Shown here piece after piece: positions 39,983-51,500 of a stretch of DNA of 64,000 bases. Numbering within the stretch: the first letter of the stretch is position 1; each line of letters opens with the position of its first letter. The stretch is from Octopus bimaculoides. Lineage: Eukaryota. The DNA is taken from positions 115,634,430 through 115,698,429 of the forward strand of contig NC_068981.1 of assembly GCF_001194135.2 (NCBI RefSeq), in the 5' to 3' direction. The position numbers were made by a program, and so were the translations under genes. Below the pieces are notes generated by a model. It made no database searches. It was given only the letters and a program-made list of their open reading frames with translations, and was not told the DNA's origin.

Positions 39983-42900
39983 GAGAGTGAGTGCTCATCA
40001 TTGCTGCTGTCACCATCATCAATACATACGTACATGTAGAGATGCATAAGTACATACATACATAAATATGTATACACATCCGTAAACACACACATGCATG
40101 CACACATTCATCCATCCATACATTCATAAATGTATGCCCCTAGCATTGGGATTTTGAACTTTCATCTCTAACGTCCGAGTCTGACATTCTTAATTACTTT
40201 GCTATAGTTTTATAGAAATTTAGAGATGATTATTATTTCTTTCTGGTAAAGACCAAACCAAGTAAAGATAAGAAAGAAACATTTACCTTTTGAAAAATAT
40301 CAAATTCCATTTTGCTATCATTAGAGATGGACACAAAAATTCGAACTACATTAGCAATTAAATGCTCTGGAATTGTAGGGCTGATTTGTGTAAGCTTTCC
40401 AAGGGCCAAACTCCAATCCTCTAATGAAGAAAAAAAAAATATGTAAATTAAAAAAAAAAATCAAATAAAGAATAAATGAGTTTGAAATGGAAATGGAATG
40501 GTATGTTGACCCTTGTTTTACCTAACACATTATCAGTCAGTATGAGTAAAGCAACACTAATAGCAATCAAGAAAACATTCTTCTTTAATGCTTTAACACA
40601 AAAGTAAAAACATCGTCATCATCATCATTTAATATTTGCTTTCCATGCTAGCATGGATTAGGTGGTTTGACATGGAGCTGGCTAGCAGGGAGTTGTCCAG
40701 GCTGCAATTGTCTGTTGTGGCATGGTTTCTACAGTTGGATGCCCTTCCTACCACCAACCACTTACAGAGTGTGCTGGGTGCTTCTTACGTGCTCCCAGCA
40801 TGGGTGTGTTTATGCAGCATTGGCACAGGTGCTTTTTATGAGGCACTGGCACCTGAAAGGACAAGCCTGCATGGATGGAAGACAGCAATTATACTTAGCT
40901 TGACATGTTTTATTATCAAGTACAGCAAATTGCCACATCTGGTCCCTTGTCATTTCCTCAGTGAAGCCCAGCATACGAAGATCCTTTCTCACCACTTTGT
41001 CCCACATCTTCCTGGGTCTACTCCTTCCACAATTAGATCTTAGTACTTTTATATGCAGCTGTCCATATTCATATGCATCACATGACCAAACCAGTGCAGT
41101 CTTCTCTCTTGCACCTAAATCTGATGCCTTTTATACCTAGTTTTCCTCTTAAATTATTTACATCCTATCATACATGCACACTGACATTATCCATCCAGCA
41201 GACCATGCCAGTTTCAATTCTTTCAAGCCTTCACAAGTCCTCTGTAGTCAAAGCCCACATTTCATTGCCATGTAACAAAGCTGTATGTACACAGACATCA
41301 TACAATCTGCCTTTCATTCTGAGGGAAAGGCCCTTAATTACCAACAAAGGTCTAAACTCTCTCAACTTTGCCCAGTCTGTTCTTAATCTAGCAACTACAC
41401 TTTCAGAACTTCCTCCACCATTGCTAACTTGGTCTCATAAGTAACAGAAACTATCTACTACTTCTAGTGACCCTTCTGAGCATGAGGGAGTCTATTGTCT
41501 GCACATTTTTAGCGTTTATTGTACCAGCACATTTTCTATGCACAAATATATTCTCCATTAACCTTCTTGTGATACTGCTACACCTTGTGTGTCCAAAGCT
41601 TACACTGGGTACAACATATGGAGTGTCTACCAACACCCTTCTTACATATCGAGCAAGACTATCTTCCAGAAGGAACTTGTAATTTGTCTGTTTTCCTACT
41701 TGCTAGGACTTTGGCTTTTGCTAAATCAACTCTAAGGCCCTTAAATTCCTGGCCTTGTATCCACACCTGAAATTTCTTCACTAGGTTAGGTAGTGATTCA
41801 CATGAATATGCAATATGATTTTAGGCCAATGTCATATTCTAAAATTATCTAGAAAATATAGAAATGGAATACAGTATTAGAAGAAATTGAATGAACTTAG
41901 ACATGAGTCAATTGATTTGTCAGAAGATACGTTTATTGAATGAATGAATTCATGATCAGTCAATTTCCAGAAAATTTTTTAATCAGACACCTAATTAATT
42001 TCAGTATATCTCTTTATCCAAAAAGAGATATTAATTGTTAGTGTTCAACTCTGGTTTTATAGAATTTAGCAGAGGCAATACAAATGCTTCTGTTCTCACT
42101 TTTTTTCATTTTTTACTCGTACTCGTTTCAGTCATTAGACTGCAGCCATGCTGGGGCACTGCCTTGAAGAACTTTTAGTCAAATGAATCAACCCCAGGAC
42201 TTATTTTTTTAAGCCAGGTACTTATTCTATTAACCTCTTTTGCTGAACTGCTAAGTTATGGGGATGTAAACACACCAGCACCAGTTGTCAAGTAGTAGTG
42301 GGAGACAAACACAGAAACAAAGACACACACATACAATGGGCTTCTTTTAGTTTCTGTCTACCAAATCCAGTCACAAGGCTTTGGTTGGCTCAAGGTTATA
42401 GTAGAAGATACTTGCCCAAGGTGCCACACAGTGGAACTGAACCCGGTACCATGTGGATGGGAAGTAAGCTTCTTACTGTGAACAACGTCAACATATCACA
42501 GGTAATAATACTAGTTCTGGTACCAACCTATTCCCAATGCACAATCAACCCCAAAAACATGCACACACTTCTACAACATAATAATGTAAATAATGTGACC
42601 AAGACTGTCAGTGGTTTGTTGGGTTTGAGAAGACACACCAAGCTTGGCGAAATTGTATTAGGTTGTCAAGAAAGTTCTTGCGGTTTTTAGCCTTTAAATT
42701 CAGATGCACATATCTCGGCTCAAACAAAACTTTATTAATCGAAATAAACACCATCAGAATCAACACACTTTTGCCAACACGAAACAAGTTTATTTATGCC
42801 AGTAGCATAAAAATCCTGCATTCTGGTGGTGATGAAGTCGCTGAAGGTGTGTTTGGCATCGTCTTGGTTTTTGAAGCATTTCTCACGCAGGACGTTGTTG

Positions 42901-44421
42901 AGATGCTTGAAAAAGTGGTAGTCAGTAGGTGAGAGGTCTGGTGATGAGGTAGAATTTCATAGCCCAATTCGTTCAACTTCTGCAGGGTCGGTTGTGGACA
43001 TGCGGCCGAGCGTTGTCGTGGAGAAGAATCGGTCCTTTTCTATTGACCAATGCTGGCTGTTGTTGTTGGAAATTCTTATGCATTTCATCCATTTGCTGAC
43101 AGTAATTCTCTGCCGTAATGGTTTTGTCTGGATCCAAAAAGTTGTGATGGATGAAGCCGGCCGCAGACCACCAAACAGTCACCATGACCTTCTTTTGGTG
43201 CAACATTGGCTTCGGGAAGTGCAGTGGAACTTGTCAGCATCTAACCACTGAGGTGAGCATTGCCGGTTGTTGTAAAGAATCCACTTTACATCGCAAGTCA
43301 CAATCCAGTCGAGAAACGGGTCATTTTTGTTGCATACAAAAAGGGAAGACGACACTTCAAAACGGCATTTTTTGGGGGGGTTGTGGTTCAATTCGTGCAG
43401 CACCCATTTCTCAAGTATTTTTGTTTTTCCAATCTCTTTCAAGTGGTTGGAAATCATCGTATATGTTACGTCTGATTCAGAAGCAACCTCTCGAACATTT
43501 GTAAGTGGAGTGGCTTCGACTACGGCTCTTAGCTGATCGTTGTCAACNNNNNNNNNNNNNNNNNNNNNNNNNNNNNNNNNNNNNNNNNNNNNNNNNNNNN
43601 NNNNNNNNNNNNNNNNNNNNNNNNNNNNNNNNNNNNNNNNNNNNNNNNNNNNNNNNNNNNNNNNNNNNNNNNNNNNNNNNNNNNNNNNNNNNNNNNNNNN
43701 NNNNNNNNNNNNNNNNNNNNNNNNNNNNNNNNNNNNNNNNNNNNNNNNNNNNNNNNNNNNNNNNNNNNNNNNNNNNNNNNNNNNNNNNNNNNNNNNNNNN
43801 NNNNNNNNNNNNNNNNNNNNNNNNNNNNNNNNNNNNNNNNNNNNNNNNNNNNNNNNNNNNNNNNNNNNNNNNNNNNNNNNNNNNNNNNNNNNNNNNNNNN
43901 NNNNNNNNNNNNNNNNNNNNNNNNNNNNNNNNNNNNNNNNNNNNNNNNNNNNNNNNNNNNNNNNNNNNNNNNNNNNNNNNNNNNNNNNNNNNNNNNNNNN
44001 NNNNNNNNNNNNNNNNNNNNNNNNNNNNNNNNNNNNNNNNNNNNNNNNNNNNNNNNNNNNNNNNNNNNNNNNNNNNNNNNNNNNNNNNNNNNNNNNNNNN
44101 NNNNNNNNNNNNNNNNNNNNNNNNNNNNNNNNNNNNNNNNNNNNNNNNNNNNNNNNNNNNNNNNNNNNNNNNNNNNNNNNNNNNNNNNNNNNNNNNNNNN
44201 NNNNNNNNNNNNNNNNNNNNNNNNNNNNNNNNNNNNNNNNNNNNNNNNNNNNNNNNNNNNNNNNNNNNNNNNNNNNNNNNNNNNNNNNNNNNNNNNNNNN
44301 NNNNNNNNNNNNNNNNNNNNNNNNNNNNNNNNNNNNNCCCTTAAGGAATCTAATTAATGATCTCCTAAGGTAAGTTCTTATGCTATATTGGTAACGGTTG
44401 CCACATCCTCTGGAAAAAAAT

Positions 44422-44462
<41 letters not shown>

Positions 44463-45891
44463 ACAGAATGGGACAAGAACAGAAAACATCCAGATAGACG
44501 ATACAAAGAAAACACGGACATATCATTCGGAGTTTTCTCTCTTCAGTCGAGATCCAGATTATCTTTGCAATTTCAGCTGGTTATTCTCGATATCGCTCCA
44601 TTGCTCCAATCTGGCCAGCTCCAAGGAAAAACTAAACCAGGAGCATTAGATTCCTTGGAAGAAAGCAGCAAATGTATACAGAAACAAGGACGGAAAGAAA
44701 AAAAATGAATATATATATATATAGCAATTTCTGTCTGTCTGTTACCAACTTAGTGCCTAAATCACCAAACCAATATTCACGAAACTTTGCATACATGTGA
44801 CACTAAAATCCAGTTCAATAATCGGTTAATTGGATTTCAATAAAAATCTATAATGTTCCCCTGGGGCATTGGGTGAATTATATGATAAAATGAGAAGGTT
44901 GCAAAAAAATATAAATCTGAGGTAGTAAGAGAGAGGGTGACATATCAGTGAAGGCGAGAACAGCGGTGAGAATGGGATGATAATGTTAATAAAGTTGTCA
45001 TATACACACGATGCTGCATACATACTTTTGTAAATACATAGATACAACACACACATAATAGAGAAAGGTAGGTGTGATGAATACGCAGCTTTAAGGAGAG
45101 AGGGGGTAGGTGGCTTTTTCTGCTGTCCATCACAAAGAAAGACTCACACACATACATACGTGCATACATACATATGTCTACTATACACCACTTTAAACTT
45201 GTGATTACCTGTTTGTACATTTGTAAATGTGTGTGTGTGTGTGACATCCTATAACTCTCTGTCTCTCTACTTTTGTAGGGTCTGCCCTATTGTAGTCACA
45301 TAAAGTGAGATTTTAAAATTATGTCAAAATTTTCAAATTGAGTATATTGAAATAATTTTCCATGTTAAATCTGATTTTATTATTTATTTGTTCCTAACAT
45401 TCAGCTGAATTATAGGTGAATTGGATTTCAATAAAAATCTATAATGGGCCACCTAGGGAGGAGGTCTGTGGCACATGTTTACAAATCAGCTATGACACGT
45501 GATGATACCAGCAACAATATGTAGACTATTTGTCAATGTATTTGTAAATCCATCTATCTATCTAACTTATTTTACTCAGATGCATATTCATTTGTTAAAA
45601 TAATATAGGGTCATTCCTTATTCACCCACTAATCATATTAATAGCTTGTAATACCTAATTTTAGCAATAAATTATTACCATAAAGGTTGATAAAATATTT
45701 AATGGCTTAATTACACCTAACTGATTCTAAAATTTATATACTGACATAGGATTGGGGATAGGAATGGGAGCGGAAATAAAACGAGGACTGAACAGGGAAT
45801 GGGATAGGAAATGAAGACATGAAACAGTGTAATAGGAATGGGAACTGGATATAACCTCTAGTTTTCCAAGTATTACTGGGTAATTCAGCTA

Positions 45892-45939
<48 letters not shown>

Positions 45940-48516
45940 TCATCATCATCGTTTAACGTCTGCTTTCCATGCTAGCATGGGTTGGACGATTTGACTGAGG
46001 ACTGGTGAACCAGATGGCTACACCAGGCTCCAATCTGATTAGGCAGAGTTTCTACAGCTGTATGCCCTTCCTAATGCCAACCACTCAGAGAGTGTAGTGG
46101 GTGCTTTTACGTGCCACCGGCACGAAGGCCAGTCAGGAGGTACTGGCAACGGCCACGCTCAAAATGGTGTATTTTACGTGCCACCTGCACAGGAGCCAGT
46201 CCAGCGGTACTGGCAACGAACTCACTTGAATGTCTTTTTATGTGCCAATGACAAAACGGATAGCTTCTAAAGAAGGCACAAATATATATTTAGGTGTTGC
46301 TACAGCTGTAATGAGCCAACCATAATTAGTGACATATTCATTACAACTTATAAAAATATTACAAGTTGAAAACAAAAGATAGGGAAATTAAAACTGACGC
46401 TACATAACATACTATACTATATGACACTATAATTTAGAAAAGGAAAGAAAATCACTTCAATATACCAATCTGTTACAATTTAATATTCTATGTATAGACA
46501 CACATTACCCAACAACAGCAAGAGCAACAACATATATCTACTCCTTAAAGGTTCACATCAGTAAAAACACAAACCAAAGAGTGAACCTCAATGCATTTGA
46601 TTGACCCACAAGAAATAGTTGCAAAATCAGCCTCAAACACACATTAAATAATGTAGTCCATATCTGGAAAAAGTTGGGATGGTCACAGCTGTAACATGTT
46701 CAATAATAAACCTGCTTGATTTGAGATGACCAGCAGATAAATAACAGTAACAAAACCAACAACTATAATGATGATCATCATAACTGCACTGATGATGATG
46801 ATGACAATAATGATTATGATATTAATGCTGATGGAATCTGGGAGTGAAAAAAACAACTACTGACCTTTATTAACATTGGTGAATGGTCCTTCCAGCTCCA
46901 TGACACAGTTGGCTAACTCTGGTCCACGGAATGTTGGATGTAACTGGAACGTGCTACCAAGTGAAGGTTCACTTTCCAAAGCTGTCCACCAGTCTCCAGG
47001 ATAAGCACTACCTGCAAATAACAGAAAAGGAAAAAATAATGGGATGGACTTTTTTGGTAGGAGGGATTAATAATATATTTTTGATAGTAGCAAACCTAAA
47101 GAAATTATCTAGATGATTTGCATTTTTGCACCACTTTTAAACATCCTAGTAAGTTAGAAATGGTTTGCATTGAATTGTTGCTCTTGCTGTTGTTGGGTAA
47201 TGTCTATCAAAAATACCATTCTATTTAGAAGCAATTAGCACAGAAATAGATGATCTTTATTGTGGAAAAAATACTGACTTCAGATTTTAGAAACTTAAAT
47301 ACAGGGTTTCAGTTTTTAAATTAAAAAAATTTATTCATAGTGATGTGGTTGTTCCACTGAAAACTCTGAGAAATTTCAGAGAAATTCTGCTTGGATAGTA
47401 TTTCAGTCTACCTCTTTCTTATAAAAAGTGAGAACAAGTATGATAATGTACTCCTAGATATATTATGATTAAAAAAATGAATTGTCACAGCTGGAATGTC
47501 ATTGATCATAAATCCACTTAAACAGGACTCATTTGGAGCTACAACAAAATCACACACATTCTTTCTAATGTAACACTCCAGATGGCCTATTACAGCACTT
47601 CTATACACCTAGGTAAACTGTGGCATGCAAATTAGGGGTTCTAATCAATAGACATTTAATCCAATAGATGTTTTTTTACTTCTACAGACTTCCCTGATGT
47701 AAAAATATCAATGTAATTTCTGAGGAAATATTTACCAACAGACTCCAAACCAGATTCTGGAGAATCATCATCTTCACTGGTATCATTCAGAAGATCTCTG
47801 TTTAGTTTTGGAAGTTTGCTTTCTAATTCACGTTTGGCTCTGAGAAGGTTCTGAATTTCACTTTCTTTTGTCTCACGAAAAATCTGGAAGAAACATATAT
47901 TTTAGGGAGTTAATTCAAATATTTCTTATTCTAAATGTCAAAAAGGGTTTTCTTAAGAGTGATTTGGCTGTTACACTGAATAGACAGAACAGCTTGAAAC
48001 AATCTCCTTTCTAGGTTTGCATGAATTAGCATCTCCACCAGTGCCATTGTCTCATAATTTCAGTATAACTCTTTACTTTCCATTCTTCTCATCAGTTCTA
48101 CCAGCATTTCTGCCAACCAGTCACCTCCCTTTTTCTCCATTATTTTTTCCATCTTTTTCTTTTACATTTTCAAACCTATTTAATCAGCTATATCAGGAAA
48201 TATTTCATCCCCTATCCATGAAGGGCTCTCTGTGAAAAGCTAGAATTCACATCTTTCCCACAGTATACAAAAATTATTAATATCTGTGAGCTTTATGAAT
48301 TGATCTGTAAATATAAATAGCTTTTAGTTTCGTATAATTTTGGTATTTATAAGAATTAAATGATAAATGAAAATACAGATGCAATGTTTTAAAAATACTT
48401 CTTTGAGGCATTTATTTTATTGTTTTTATATACATTTGTCCCTGAGGGCATAGGTGGTGTTATTTTCTCTTTATCTGCCATCACAAGTTTGTCTTGAGAT
48501 GTATTGGAAATAATCT

Positions 48517-48556
<40 letters not shown>

Positions 48557-51500
48557 TTCAGTTGAGATTTTGCATTCAGTTATACTGCAGACACTTGGAC
48601 AACATTTCATTTTACTTAACAATATACTATCTCAAGACAGTTATCTCTCATTCACTTAAAACTATTATCTACATTATTCTCGGGGTACCATGAGAGTGCT
48701 ATTAATGCTTACACTCTACAAACTTAACCAGTTGTAATTTGTTTTCTCCGTGTAGTTGGTTCAAATGTCTTTTGTATCTGAATATCGTTCCTGCTACTCA
48801 TTCATTAGCATACTGGTACTGTCACCAGGCTTTAATAAAATTAAATGAATGAAGCAAGAGTTAGCACAGTCATGAGAGCAAAGGATAAAATACCTAGTGG
48901 TATTTGTTCCTGCTCTCTTTGCTCTGAGTTCAAGGCCTGTCAGGGTCCAATGTGGGGGAATGGTGGGATTGCTAAAGTATCAGACAAGACACTTTGTGAT
49001 ATTTGTTCTATATTTTTGGTTTCTGAGTTAATATGAAGTAGATTGAATCCTATGCCTGGTTTAATACTGCCAAGTTGTCTTTGGGTACCAACAATGCAGA
49101 TCTTGTGTTGCAAGTATTTGGGCCAGGTTTCCAGTTTGAGAATTACTTACTCTTTTCCCCGCTACAGTTTTATAGATTTGTAACAAATAGCCATGGTCAC
49201 TGCCTCTTCTTTCTGACTAAACAGTAAAAAAAATATAGTAGCTAAGAGAAATACGACATACTTTGAAGTAAGGCTTCAAATCCTTATCGTGTGGTCAGCA
49301 GTCTAGCAGCCTAAACTTATATGATATTGGACAATATACAAAAGGTGCCGCAAGCATGGAGAGCCTAAAGTGTACTCTAACATAATGTAGTGAGCTAAAA
49401 ATAATTTTCAATGCCAGTGTCACATAACTGGCACCTGTGATGGTGACACGTAAAAAGCACCCTTCAAATGTTGGGCCTCACAGAGGTAATGATAAGTGAC
49501 CAAGGCCTTTGGCGATATGCTGTGCTTGAGAAAACTCATTAAGCCAAGTAAAATCATAGTTGTGGCTGGTGCCAGTGTCATGTAAAAAGCAGCCATCACA
49601 CTCTTGGAACAGCTGTTGTTAGGAAGGGCATCCAGCTGTAGAAACCATGCCAAATCAGATTGGAACCTGGTGCTACCCTCCAGTTTACCAGTTTCAGTCA
49701 AACTGTCTAACCCACACTAGCATGGAAAGCAGACGCTAAATGATGATGATGATGAGTAAGGAAAAGAATCATTAGCATTAATTATAATATTTGCAAAGAG
49801 GTACAAAGTATGATTTTCTAGATTATTTTTGTATCAGTAATTTCTTTTAAAAGCTGGCTGCCCCACTCTAGAGACAAACAAAATATTTTCAATGAAAGGC
49901 TTAGGTGTTTTCCTTAAGTAAATGTTCATTTTTCTAAAAATGGAATTCATTGCTAGTCTTTTGTTGAACATCATATTTACAATTGCACCAAACAAAACTG
50001 ATGTACACAACAGCAACTAATATATTTGTACTTGGATCTACTAAAACATATTAAGAATAAATATGCAAATTATTGTTTCAGATCTTACTGTACAAAGTGT
50101 AAATGGTGATGCTTTATTGGTTGGCAGATATAAACACTGATCAGCAAACAGTTTGTTCACTGAAATTATAAACAAAGTTAGGGACCAGTTTAGGCTCCAA
50201 AGTCCAGGTGCTTCTGACTGACATCTTGAAACACCAGTGTCCTAAAACCCTTGAAATGAGTGTGTTATGAAAACATTGTGAGGATCTTTCTGAATTGACA
50301 GGTGCCACTTGTTTTCTGAACAAAACACTTTCAAACTTGGGATACTGGTAGAATGTGTCATATAAAACATCTTTTTCTCTTAGCCTTCTTAACAAAAATT
50401 TCTATATTGCAAGTTATTTCATGTTAAAGTTGTCATATTTCTGTAATTTCAACCAATCACTGACGTCTATTCAGCTGAATACAGTTACTGCTGTTTTTGT
50501 AAACAATAAATTTTGCCGGTGTCAAGATCGTTATTCCCTAGTAAGGGTTAGGGTTTTAGAGTTAGGGTTAGGGGGTTAAGGTTAGGGTTATGAGTTAGGG
50601 TTAGTGTTATGAGTTAGGTTATGGCAAAAATAATCATAACCCTAACCATAACTCTAAAACCCGAACTCTAACCCTAAAACCCTAAAGCTAAAACTAGTAC
50701 AAACGCACGAACGATGTTATAAATAACAGTACCGCCGATAGTTGTTGTTGACAAACAATGGCACTAATTTTATTCAAGGGAAAAGATCCCATTACACCGC
50801 ACAACGTTTTGTTTACAATCCATAGCAGTAATTGTTTTCACCTCAATAGACGTCAGTGATTGGTTGAAATTACCGAAATATGACAATTTTTTACATGAAA
50901 TAACTTCGAATACAAAAATTTTTATTTGTTCTATAAAAACAAAATATACAAGTATACGAAGTTTGAAAGTGTTTCGGTACCAAAAACACTACATAAAACA
51001 TAGATAAAAAGTGGCGCCCGTCAATTCAGAAAGATCCCATTGTGATTTTGAAAGAGGGTAGTGTTTCTCCTGTGATGTATACAACAGCGATGAGAAGATT
51101 TGCCTGAATTGACCAAAATCAGTAAAGAATAAATATGCGATTTACCATTTCAGATCTTGCAGTACATTGCAAATTATTTATATCCATACATATATATATA
51201 TAATACAAAGAATATATATACATGTATACACACATATATGTACATACTTACATCTACATGTGTATATACATGCATATCAGGGTACAGGACGTTAGAACAA
51301 TAAACTACAGACAACGGAACGAACACATAGGAAAACGGAAAGCCCCTTGGAATATCCCTTCATCAGCTGTCTCTATTCTATCCAGACGTTTCGAAGACCA
51401 GACAGGACGTACTCTAGAATAGTCTCTTCCTGAGTAGTGGATCAACCAACTACACAGAGGATTCCAAGGTGGCAAACACAAACCAAGACAGGAAAAAATG

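Noticed and set aside
44505-44560. Hammerhead-like CTGAAGA-GAGAAAACTC-CGAATGATATGTC on the minus strand
   Set aside because: GAAA is broken (GAAT) and stem I does not pair; too degenerate to call.
50545-50690. Chromosome-fusion (telomere-telomere) scar
   Set aside because: It lies at the centre of a TIR element with an exact 8-bp TSD inside an intact gene, so transposon cargo explains it better.
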